Shown here in pieces: positions 38,467-49,369 of a stretch of DNA of 64,000 nucleotides. The DNA comes from Sarea resinae (taxonomy: Eukaryota), in the NCBI GenBank assembly GCA_026026165.1, contig JAPEUD010000003.1:62001-126000 (forward strand), written 5' to 3'. The first letter of the stretch is position 1. Each line of letters begins with the position of its first letter. Made by a program: the position numbers and the translations under genes. The notes under the pieces were generated by a model, which was given only the letters and a program-made list of their open reading frames with translations, was not told where the DNA came from and did not search any database.

Positions 38467-38850
38467 TCAAGCCTTCTTCTTTCCAGCCGCCTTTGCCTTA
38501 GCTGCACGCTTCTGGTTGCTTCGGATCATGACGACACTCAAAAACGACCCAACGACCGCAGAGCCTAGTAAAATCAGGATGACGGGTATCCGAATGGCCC
38601 AAACGCGTGGTGGGAAAAGGTCATGGAGAGGATGACCAGGATCAACAAAGGGCTATAGATACGTCAGTGAATGATCTAGTGAAGCCAGGCCTCCCATACC
38701 ATAAGTAGAGTCCATATCGTGTAGTACAGAAAAACAGCTGATGCCACAATGAGCATGGCGAGGCCAGCAAGTTGATCGAGCTACACGCATAACGAAAAGG
38801 GTGATTAGTCTCTGCACCGACGGAGGTCTTCGAGGGTAAAGACTTACCAT
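38467..38850 (-). CDS. DPM2: Dolichol-phosphate mannose synthase regulatory subunit DPM2 (89 aa; 3 exons)
   Basis: ATG|intron 38781-38847|LDQLAGLAMLIVASAVFLYYTIWTLLM|intron 38653-38699|PFVDPGHPLHDLFPPRVWAIRIPVILILLG...KKKA*; YYTxW...PFV...H..F.P DPM2 signature. Confidence 0.95.
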
Positions 38851-39242
38851 AGCTGCAAAGCAAACTAAAGGTAAGGAGCGTGAGTAGAACAAAGTCGAAG
38901 CTTGCGTGGTTGAGAGAGCGAATTGATTTGGTGCCTATGAAGTTGAGATCCAGTTCCTGGAGCTTTCATCTCACCTCCATACAACAGACCGTGTCCTCAA
39001 GGCAAGAGAGTGGAGGGCGAAATAACCAGTGCTCAAATCTACCTCTCAGTGACCAGAGGTACCGCCCGCGAAGGTTGGGTCCGAGGGTACTTCATACTCT
39101 CACCCAGACTTCTCATTTTACGCGACAAGCTGGATGTCAAACAGCTGTTCGATCATCAGCAGCCGTCCACAGGACTGAGCTGACGACTTCTCTCGCTGAT
39201 CGCCATCTCTCTCTTCCATCAAGAACTCATATTGGAGGCAGA

Positions 39243-41981
39243 ATGGAGGATCCTGTGGTCATTCAATCGGCGGTCCGCCTGCCAACGCCGCCACCACCAG
39301 ACACATATAACCCTCACTCGGGCAAACGTAAACGATCACCTCCATCGCGGTCTCCTTCTCCTCGCCGTCGCCGTTCTCCACCTCGTGGATCAGCGACGGC
39401 TGGCCCCTCACTTCCAGATGTCGATCCTCAACGCGCCATGGAGCGTGAGCGTCAGCTCGCTGAGCGGCTCCGATCGCGTGACGAGGATGCTACGGCATCC
39501 AAGCCTCTCACAGAAGAGGAGAAGCAAGCAGCGGCCAAAGCAGAATACGAAAAGCTGTTGAACATGCGGTCCGGAGGTACCTACATTCCACCAGCCAGGT
39601 TACGGGCTCTTCAGGCTCAAATCACCGATAAAACAAGCAAGGAGTACCAACGGATGGCTTGGGAAGCGTTGAAGAAGTCGATCAACGGTCTCATTAACAA
39701 AGTCAACGTCTCAAATATCAAATTTATCGTTCCGGAGCTTTTCGGTGAGAACCTCGTCCGAGGAAGAGGCTTGTTTTGCAGAAGCATAATGAAGGCGCAA
39801 GCTGCGAGCTTGCCATTCACGCCCATCTACGCTGCCATGGCCGCCATCGTCAATACCAAGCTACCTCAGGTTGGGGAGCTCCTAGTCAACAGGCTTGTTG
39901 TACAGTTCCGAAAGGCTTTCAAGCGTAACGACAAGGCCGTGTGTTTATCTTCGACAATCTTCATCGCTCATCTCTGCAACCAACAGGTAGCACATGAGAT
40001 GTTGGCGGCACAAATTCTTCTGCTCCTCCTCCACAAGCCTACAGACGACAGTGTGGAAATCGCTGTGGGCCTAACGCGGGAAGTCGGACAACACCTTGAA
40101 GAGATGAGCCAGCCTATCGCCATGGCTGTCTTCGATCAGTTCCGAAGTATCCTTCATGAAGCGGATATTGATAAGAGGGTTCAGTACATGATCGAAGTTT
40201 TATTCCAGGTCAGGAAGGACAGGTACAAGGATAACCCGGCTATCAAGGAAGAGCTTGACCTGGTCGAAGAAGAGGATCAGATCACACATCGAACTGGTCT
40301 CGATGATGAAGTGGAGGTTCAAGACGGGCTGAACATTTTTAAGTTCGACTCCGAGTACGAGGAGCATGAGCAGGCCTACAAGAATTTGAAGGCTGAGATC
40401 TTAGGTGAAGCGGAGGGAAGCGATGAAGAATACGAGTCTGGTGAGAGTTCGGACTCTGAGGAAGAGGCTGAAGAGCGTGAGATGGAAATCAAAGACCAGA
40501 GCAATACGGACCTCGTTAACCTAAGGCGGACGATCTATCTAACCATCATGTCGAGTATCGACTTCGAGGAATGTTGTCACAAATTGATGAAAGTCAATCT
40601 TCCACCGGGCAATGAATCAGAGCTGCCGTCCATGGTCATTGAATGCTGCTCTCAGGAACGCACGTACGCCAAATTCTACGGTCTAATTGGCGAGAGGTTT
40701 TCCAAGCTTAATCGGATGTGGACCGAGCTCTTTGAGGCTTCCTTCGCCAAGTACTATGAAACTATTCATCGTTACGAGACGAACCGACTTCGCAATATTG
40801 CTCGCTTTTTTGGCCATCTCTTGAGTTCTGATGCTATTGGATGGCACGTCCTTTCCATAGTACATCTGAATGAAGACGAGACCACTTCCAGCAGTCGTAT
40901 CTTCATCAAGATCCTTTTCCAGGACCTTGCGGAGGCTCTGGGAATGGGTAAGCTGCGAGAACGCTTAAGCGACGAGATGCTCAAGCCTAGCTACGAGGGG
41001 ATCTTCCCCAAAGACAACCCAAGGAATACACGCTTCTCGATCAATTACTTCACCAGCGTCGGTATGGGTGTATTGACCGAGGACATGAGAGAGCATTTAA
41101 AAAATCTGCCCAAACCCGCCATACCAGCGTTGCCTGCCCCGGAACCGGAATCGGACTCGGACACTGCGAGCTCGTACTCGAGTTACTCGTCTTATACAGG
41201 TTCCTCGAGATCGTACACCAGATCGCGATCTCCTTCAAGAACAAGAGGCCGTGGTCGCGGACGAAGCTATACCCGTACGCCCTCACGTTCACCTCCGCCA
41301 AAGGGTAGACGTGGCCGGAGCTTTTCTTCGACCTCGCTATCTCCATCTCCTGCCCCTCGTCACCGTGGTGGTGGTCGTCGGCGGTCTTCGTCCGCCAGCT
41401 CCCGGCGCTCAGTCTCGTACAGCCCACCGCGACGCGCTGCGCCTCCAAAGTCCCGCAGGCGCTCGTACTCGGTCAGCAGCGACGGCTCGTATGAGGGGAA
41501 AGGAAAACGCAGGGGGCCTGAACCAGCATCCCGGTCACCAACACCTCGTCGTGGTCCTGCTCCCCGTGACAGAGCATCCGCAGGCAGGAGAGCTCGCAGC
41601 TATTCTCGATCGGTTACCCCTCCACGAAGGGCCGCTCGTGTCAGCCGAAGAGACTCCGTTTCCGCAAGCCCCCCACGTCGACCACGCGGTGGAAAAGACA
41701 GAGACTATGTTTCCAGGTCACGCTCACCGCCTACACGACCCGCACGAAGGGATAGGGCTGCCCGAGACAGCTACTCGCCGCCTCCTCGTCGACCGGCACC
41801 CGCAGCCTCCAAAGCCGCCCCACCTGTGAGGAACGGTGGGCGCCACTCGTTGTCTCGATCCCGCTCTCCGCCTCGTATCCGTAGACGGTCGAGTCCGAGC
41901 TATAGCGGAGACATCGCCGGCAGCAAGGGTCACGAGGACGGAAAGAGTGGCGGAAGGGCCAGAGCTGCGGATTATCTGTAA
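39243..41981 (+). CDS. CWC22: Pre-mRNA splicing factor Cwc22 (MIF4G + MI domains, RS-rich tail)
   Basis: RSGGTYIPPARLR, YQRMAWEALKKSINGLINKVN, NPRNTRFSINYFTSVGMG; intronless; first in-frame ATG adjacent to the conserved region is at 39243. Confidence 0.97.
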   Translation: MEDPVVIQSAVRLPTPPPPDTYNPHSGKRKRSPPSRSPSPRRRRSPPRGSATAGPSLPDVDPQRAMERERQLAERLRSRDEDATASKPLTEEEKQAAAKAEYEKLLNMRSGGTYIPPARLRALQAQITDKTSKEYQRMAWEALKKSINGLINKVNVSNIKFIVPELFGENLVRGRGLFCRSIMKAQAASLPFTPIYAAMAAIVNTKLPQVGELLVNRLVVQFRKAFKRNDKAVCLSSTIFIAHLCNQQVAHEMLAAQILLLLLHKPTDDSVEIAVGLTREVGQHLEEMSQPIAMAVFDQFRSILHEADIDKRVQYMIEVLFQVRKDRYKDNPAIKEELDLVEEEDQITHRTGLDDEVEVQDGLNIFKFDSEYEEHEQAYKNLKAEILGEAEGSDEEYESGESSDSEEEAEEREMEIKDQSNTDLVNLRRTIYLTIMSSIDFEECCHKLMKVNLPPGNESELPSMVIECCSQERTYAKFYGLIGERFSKLNRMWTELFEASFAKYYETIHRYETNRLRNIARFFGHLLSSDAIGWHVLSIVHLNEDETTSSSRIFIKILFQDLAEALGMGKLRERLSDEMLKPSYEGIFPKDNPRNTRFSINYFTSVGMGVLTEDMREHLKNLPKPAIPALPAPEPESDSDTASSYSSYSSYTGSSRSYTRSRSPSRTRGRGRGRSYTRTPSRSPPPKGRRGRSFSSTSLSPSPAPRHRGGGRRRSSSASSRRSVSYSPPRRAAPPKSRRRSYSVSSDGSYEGKGKRRGPEPASRSPTPRRGPAPRDRASAGRRARSYSRSVTPPRRAARVSRRDSVSASPPRRPRGGKDRDYVSRSRSPPTRPARRDRAARDSYSPPPRRPAPAASKAAPPVRNGGRHSLSRSRSPPRIRRRSSPSYSGDIAGSKGHEDGKSGGRARAADYL

Positions 41982-42530
41982 ATGTTCTTTGTGTTCGTTC
42001 TTTGATCTTTTCACGAGACTGGCGGGGCTAGCCAAGGGTAAGGGTATCATTCAAAACGGGTGGTGGAAAACATAGATTGTGTATTCCCGTCCAGCTGAGG
42101 AGGGGAGGGGGAGGCATCCAGAATTTAGCCCGAGTGGTACAAGAAGTTCCCTGACTAAGAAATTGTGTCGTGCCCTGTCCGCGTCTCGTGTCTCTCCTCG
42201 AGTTTTTCCATATGGAGCGCTTATTTTAAGGATTGTCGAAAAGGTCGTCACTGGTGTCAATTTGTACGATAGAAATTAAAGCATCTCACATATCATGTTT
42301 ACAGAAAGGCTCCGTCTAGGCTTTTTCAATCTTCTTAACTGATGAAAAAGACATGCTTCCAGCGAATTCAAGCGCACACATCCAGAGTCTCTACGCCGTC
42401 GAACGCCGCTGAGCACACATCGAAAGGCAACAATCATCTTTTAGCCTAGGCCGCCATCACCTTGCCCACCCTCCCCAGAATCTGCCCCCGAGGTAAATGC
42501 TCCTTCCCACAGACGATTGACAACAAATGC

Positions 42531-44641
42531 CTACTTCGCGGTCTTGACCTTCTTCTTCGGCCTGGCCTCCTCCACCTCAGCATCTCCACCATCATCACCA
42601 CTGGCGTCGGCCATCTCATCATCACTTCCGCTCCCGCTGCTCTCGTGCGCGGAGTCGTATTCTTCCGCGACGTCGGACTCGGAACTAGCGCGGAAATCCT
42701 CATCGACGCTCTCTTCGTCCTCGTCCGCGCTGCCGCGGTCGGCGCGGGCGGCGACAACGTCTTCGTCACTCGAGGCCATGTCTTCGTCGTTGAGGGCGGC
42801 TGCGATGAGGGCGCTCGACTGTGTGTTGATGTTAGTAAGACTAGACCTGGGGCAAGTGGGCAGAGCAGAGAGGAGGAAACGTACATCGTCGACCATCTCG
42901 TTCTTAGTCCGTAGGTTCTTCACCTTGAAGAAGTCCTCCAGGGGCTGTTGCTCCTCACTGCAATCATGTCAGCTGATGCGCCCGGAAATTGGATCATCCC
43001 GGATACTCACCGGTTGATGTTGCTGAATTGGTGCTCGCCAGCGCCGCCCTTGAGCGTAATGGAAATATCGAACGTTCGACTGGCCGAGATAGCACCGCCA
43101 ACTCTTGACATGGTGATACTCGAGATATTTTCGAAGGGGATGTAAGTAGCTGGCTTGGGAACGAACATGAAGCTCTTATCGAGGCAGAAGAGATGGCCTT
43201 CATTGGCCTTGATTGAGCATTTGACGCCAGACTGTTGGTGATGGCTGTTGGTGCAAAGCAAGGTTAGCAATCAACGTCAAGGGGTCTAATTTCGTTCCAG
43301 AACAGAGGACGTACCTGACGAACTCCTTCGAAGGAGTGACGACTTTCTTGCCCGTAAGACCGCGGAAGACCTGAGCTATAACTGCGTGGATCGGACTCTC
43401 ATAGTGGGGCTGTAATTTGTTCTTGTATTTGTCGTTGAGGAGCTCCCTTATTTGACGTGTAAGCTTCATCTAACAAATTAAGGCTTGGAAATCTTACTCG
43501 GTCATGTTTAGGTCAATAGTGACCTCTTCATCTCGCTTGAATTGCATGACCAGGAAGGGATATCTTGTTTGCCCTTGGCGTAGCGGAGGATCCAGACCAA
43601 TGGTGATCAAAGTATGGAGGTCATCCGGCTTTGGTAACAGAAAGAATTTCTTGATCGATTCGTATTGAATCTTGTAGTCATAAGTCTTGCCTCGTAGTCT
43701 GAACGAGCTTTCGTACATGTCAATATCAAATCGCCCCCTGAAGCAAAGTCAGCATGATCCGAAGAATAATAGACTGCAAGTATGTACCTCGGGGTCAGAT
43801 GCAATATGTCCAAAAAGGTGGCGAATGTGTCGCCTGCAACTTCTCCAATCTCGGCCTTATCCATCAGAGTCTCGTAGAACACGTTCGCAGCATTCTGCTC
43901 TTCTGCTTCCTCGCCGTCGCCTTCTTTCTCCTCTCCCTCCTCGTCGGTCTCTTTCTTCGTAGCAGTCCCTGGAATGTAGAATCTCATCTCCACCAGTTGA
44001 TCTCTTCCACCTCCAGCCTTTTTGCCTTTCGATCGGGCGCCGCCAAGATGCCCATTTGTGCCAGAGTCATCGCCACCAGCTGGAAGTGAGAACTCGACAG
44101 CCACTTCGTTCTTCCCGGCTAGATTGGTGTTCGATATTTCGGAATAAGGAATCTCGAAGGCGGGTCTGTTCTGGACATTGAAAGCCAATTCGGCCTTTCC
44201 AAATTCGCCCTTACCCCAGTTCCATCCTCGCAGAGCGTGCTCCTTGTTCTCCAAGTTCACGCTGTACCAGAGCTTGAAAGTTTTGCTGAGGCGCTCAAAG
44301 TCCTGCGGAAAGGTCAGATTCGCCCCCCCCCCCCCCCCCAAAACGTGAGACACTCAGCGTACCTCTTGTTGGAAACCGTCAAGTTGTATTACACCTGAAG
44401 TTCTCGATAAGACCTTGAGCTCGTACCCTCGAGCTGCGCGACTCCAGTGGGCGGCGCCGATGTTGCTTGAGTCCAAGGTAAAAGTATCACCTCCACCAGA
44501 AGGCTTCCAGCCCATCCCGGTCTCTGCGAATCGGCACTTTCCATGCTGCTTGGACAAGTCAAGGTAGATATTCTCGAATCCTTCTCTATCCCTGATCAAA
44601 GATTAGCTACGAGACGGAGGCCCAAGTGAAGGCACTCACAT
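42531..44641 (-). CDS. POB3: FACT complex subunit Pob3/SSRP1; multi-exon
   Basis: GFENIYLD, RGWNWG, EMRFYIP, LTPRGRFDIDMY, PPLRQGQTRYPF, VKCSIKANEGHLF motifs plus acidic tail; about 7 short GT-AG introns. Confidence 0.96.
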
Positions 44642-46121
44642 CGTGGCGGGTAGCTCCTGATGAGCTGGTCTCAAACGTCGAGACGGAGTAGACAGATAGG
44701 AAATGCGAGCACGTATGTCGCCCACGATCACAATCTGCTGCGCGACCGATCTTGCGTTTGCATCAAAGGTGTTGAAGAAGTTGCCGACGATAGGCAGCGA
44801 AGTTGATTGATTCTAAAAGCCGGCCAATGATGATGATGACCTTTGCGCTTTGACAGGGCAAGGTAGTAGGTACGAGGCAGGTAAGGTTGATCTAAGAATC
44901 GCGTAAACCGTGCACGCGAATAATACCTTACTGCGTAACTTAGCTCCTGCACCGTAGAAAGCCATTTAGGCGCGTCGCGGCCTTCATCCTCCTGGTGCGG
45001 CAGATTGAGGTCGATGATGCATTTATCTACTTCCCTCTTGACTTCGAATATCTTGATCGGTACATGACCCTCATTCTCATCTTCAGGCACACTCAGTTGT
45101 CAGCATCATGTAGACCCTCTGGCTGCTAACCATGCTGTTGAGACTGTGTAAAAGGTAAGGTAAGGTAGGTCACGCACAAGCCGCCAGCGACTACACCTGG
45201 GCAGAGACGGAGGGAGATCCAGTACCCTACTCGTACTCTCTACGGACCTCTCAAGCGAGGGCTCCCATCGTGGAATTGCAACAAGCGACACGTGATGCCA
45301 TGTACCTGGAGTAGAAATCTCTTTCACAGAGCCTTTCGGCCGGTGGTAGGACCTGGGTATGATCCTGAGGTTTTGGACGAGGCTCGCTCCCGCTATGAGA
45401 GACATCGCGGTACACGACCTAGCTGGGAAATGCATACCTTATCCTCATCCTCATTCTCGTTCGGAGCACCTTCATCCACCAAATGCGACACGTTTGAGGC
45501 CCTTTGTACTTTGCCTTTGGACGATACTTGGGCTCCTACCGACTTCGTGTGTTGAAGCAGGTCCCGTTGCTTGAATGCATAGGTACCAAGCGAGCCTTCA
45601 TTGGTTTTGTTCGCTACGCAGTGTGGTAGACTGTCGAGCTGCACTCCAGCCTGACAATCAACCGCGCGCCCCTGCTCGATTGGAGTCGCATCCCCCCCGT
45701 TATGCCCCACCAATCAACCAACGTTGGGCCCTCCATACCCGCTGCCGCTGCCACATCTGCACGTACGTGGTAATGCTCTCCATGATTCTGGCCTTCTATA
45801 ATTAAACAATCAACAGAAGAAGGCAATTCACCATCAGCTTCCTCATCGACCGTGTCTCGTCCAGCCGACTCATCCACATTGCCGTCCTTCTCGTCTGCAT
45901 CCTCCCACACAGCACGCCCTGAATCTCTTTCCCCACACTCCATCGCAGACTGCATCGTCAGCGTCAGCTCAGTTCTTTGGGACTCGAGGTATACCCGTCA
46001 GGCCAGACCAACGATAATAAAGCCCAGCCTGGTTGTGACCCGAGCAGCTGAAGGTACTCCTGCCCGCACCGAATCGTCAATCAGTGTCCAAAACATCGGG
46101 AGCCAAATTCATCTGCCCGCC

Positions 46122-47146
46122 ATGGACAAACGCCATCCGAGTTCCTTTCAACAGCTGGAAAAGTTGGGGGAAGGCACATATGCCACAGTAAGTCACGACG
46201 GCTCAAACCCTGCGCTATGCTGATGTCTCAGGTTTTCAAAGGACGTAACCGCCAGACGGGCGAGCTCGTCGCGCTCAAAGAAATTCACCTAGACAGCGAA
46301 GAAGGCACTCCGTCAACCGCGATTCGAGAAATATCCTTGATGAAGGAGCTGAAACATGAGAACATAGTCTCCCTCCATGATGTCATCCACACTGAGAACA
46401 AGCTCATGCTCGTGTTCGAATTCATGGAAAAAGATTTGAAAAAGTACATGGACTCACGAGGCGATCGAGGCCAACTGGACTACATTACTATCAAGTCTTT
46501 CATGTACCAGTTGCTACAAGGGATTGCGTTTTGTCACGAGAATCGCGTACTCCACAGGGACCTCAAACCACAGAACCTACTGATCAACAGTAAGGGTCAG
46601 CTAAAGCTAGGAGATTTCGGGCTGGCAAGAGCATTTGGCATCCCGGTAAACACCTTCTCCAACGAAGTCGTCACTCTATGGTACCGAGCGCCAGATGTGT
46701 TGCTTGGGAGCAGGACATACAACACCAGCATCGACATCTGGTCGGCCGGTTGCATCATGGCCGAAATGTACACTGGCCGTCCTCTTTTCCCTGGAACCAC
46801 CAATGAGGATCAGCTCCAAAAGATCTTCCGTCTGATGGGTACACCATCCGAACGGTCTTGGCCTGGAATCTCCCAATTTCCCGAGTACAAACCAAACTTC
46901 CACGTGTATGCGACACAGGACCTACGGCTCATCTTGCCACAAATCGATCAGCTAGGGTTAGACCTTCTCACTCGCATGCTACAACTCCGACCAGAGATGA
47001 GAGTCGGTGCCAAGGAAGCATTGCAACACCCTTGGTTTCAGGATCTTCCTCGATTGAGGCAACAGCAGGCCCAGCAGCAAGCGCAAGCATCCCAACAGCA
47101 AATGGGCGGCTTCAGCGCCCCAGGACTCGTACAAGGGGCCTATTGA
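46122..47146 (+). CDS. PHO85: PSTAIRE cyclin-dependent kinase Pho85/PhoA
   Basis: [14 protein letters not shown]|intron 46188-46231|VFKG...[47 protein letters not shown] longer isoform from ATG 45702 is possible (see findings). Confidence 0.97.
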
Positions 47147-48701
47147 TTTCATTCCCTGTCGGATTGCAATACCCACTGTCAAGCGGTAATGGCATGGTTT
47201 GGCGTGAAGCAATTTTGGTTTTGTCATAGGCGCTCGGTCTCTGTCGTCGCAGCTGTGCTTTAAGGTATCCGTGAAATGGGCGTAGGAAGAGTAGGCGGGA
47301 AACAATGCATATCTTCTGGAAACGATCTCTTGCGCTGTGACCACGTCTGCCTCGAGGCTGGTGAAATGAAGGCTTCAGGATTTGTCCCAAGGACAATGAC
47401 GGTAGCTTTCACGACGTCCAGAACATGTCGTTGTGCGCGTGAGCACGATGGCAATCAGAATATATTGATTAATCAATTGAAGGAGGTTGAGATCCTGCGA
47501 ATGGAGCGGAGGAAGGGATGCAGTTACCCGAAAGAGCACAACGGTCTGGGGAGCGGAAGAATACGAGAATAGGTACTTCGTACGTAGTAGGGTGTGGTGG
47601 GTGGAGGTGTTGGCAGCGGATGTACCATGTTCAATCATCTGCAGACCGATTCTCGATTCAGAAGCGATCGCTGGTAGTAACCTGATGGACGATCAACTGG
47701 ACAATCATCTGCCTCAGCAAGGACCCCGGACGACGGAGGGAGCACGAGCATGACGTGGATGAGGTGGTGCATCCCTTGCCATCGAGGGCACGGGCAAGCA
47801 GAGACATGGCCAGGACAAGAGGAAGCCCTGGAGGCATCATGACCAAAGCGACATGTTGCAGATACAGAGTGATGGTGCAGGCATTCTACAGATATTCTAC
47901 GGCCAAATGGGTCAATGCAAGCTCGAGGGACCCTCCTAAGCTTACCCTTACCCCAAGGTCCATTTGGTATGATCTTCTGCGCAGCTGGACGAGGATGCGG
48001 GAGTGACAGTTACTCTGAGTGGCCCTTGGCGAATCGTGGAGACAAGGCTGGGGGCTGGGGAAAAGAGGAGCAGCGGGCGGAGGGGCGGAGAGGGATCGAG
48101 GGATTGTCTGTATTTCGTGCAGTACGCAGGACGCAGGACGCAGGACACAGGACTTTGACAGAGCCTAGGTACGGAGACCGGAAGCCAGAGCTTTCCATAT
48201 GGATACTGCGGAGGACTGTCTCCACTGCCTCCACTGCCTCCATAGCTGCCAGCTATCATTCCCGTTCCCCGGGAAGAAATCGGGGATTGGCACGACCAGA
48301 CGTAACATGGCCCGATTCAGCACGAGAGAAGGCCCGTGGTCTCGCCACAGGTGCATGGGCGAGATGCTCGCTAGACAGCGACCGCGGGGGGACCTGTGGA
48401 CCCCGCACGGCCCATCGGCCAGAGCAGGTATCGCCCAAGTATTCGCGCTCAAGGCGGTCAACGAGCTTTGCCGGACGGCAGCGGAACGAGGGAACGAGGG
48501 AACGAGAGAACGAGGAATCGATTCGCCGCCACGCGAGCCCGTGGCAGAAAAGCAAGTGAGAGGACCGAGCGGGCGAAGCTCTGAGCCGGAGAGGTCTCGT
48601 ACTGTGTGCGTGCAGTGCCAGTCTTGCAGTAGAGTACGGAGTAGGTAGCCCTGGGGGTACTCCGGAGTAGTGATCTGGACCGGCAGCGGGCAATATACGA
48701 A

Positions 48702-48703
48702 GA

Positions 48704-48739
<36 letters not shown>

Positions 48740-48861
48740 CCTTGGTGTCTTGGTGTCTTGGTGTCTTGGTGTCTTGGTGTCTTGGTGTATAGGGTGTATA
48801 GTAAGACACCGACCTGGCCTGGCTTACCTTACCTACCTACCTACCTACCTACCTTACCTAC
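48702..48861. repeat. Compound microsatellite: (GA)n, (CTTGGTGT)x6, (TACC)n
   Basis: Read directly; (CTTGGTGT)x6 spans 48741-48788. Confidence 0.92.
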
Positions 48862-49369
48862 CCGACCTGAAGCTACTACAATTAGTATTTACGGTTACGC
48901 CTCCACATGCCACCAACCTCAGTAAATTCGCTCTTGCTTCTCAAATAATCTCACCTTCACTCGCACTTACACTTCTTTCGACTCGTTCTCGTCGTCATCT
49001 TTGTCTCGAATCCTCGCCGCACCTCAATCCCACTCAACATCCAGTCAATCGAGGTGCGGGCGCCGACCTATAACTGTCTCTGTCTCGTCGATTGGAAATG
49101 CGTTGCGGCGCTCTCGGATCTCGCACATCTATCGGTTACGCTTGTGCAGCGTGACAGAAGGAGAGGGAAAGCCCCGCCAGCGCAACAGTCAGCTCATCCA
49201 GCCCCGACCAGAGGCTGAAGATCGTCGAGATCGGCTCTCTCAGCTTCACGTTGCATTCCAGTCAGTCCGCCATCTCTTCCAAAAACTTCAAAATTCGGTC
49301 TTTCCGACGTTCGGTTCCGTCAGCATCCTATATACACGAACGGCTCCTGAAGTCTCACAGACGCAGACG

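Noticed and set aside
38880..39242. 121-codon N-terminal extension of CWC22 in the ORF track
   Set aside because: It starts at GTG, spans the shared DPM2/CWC22 promoter and has no protein-like character; ATG 39243 is the better start.
47915..48809. Overlapping 145-214 aa ORFs on both strands
   Set aside because: GC-rich, repeat-derived frames with no domains; most likely promoter DNA of the PH-domain gene.
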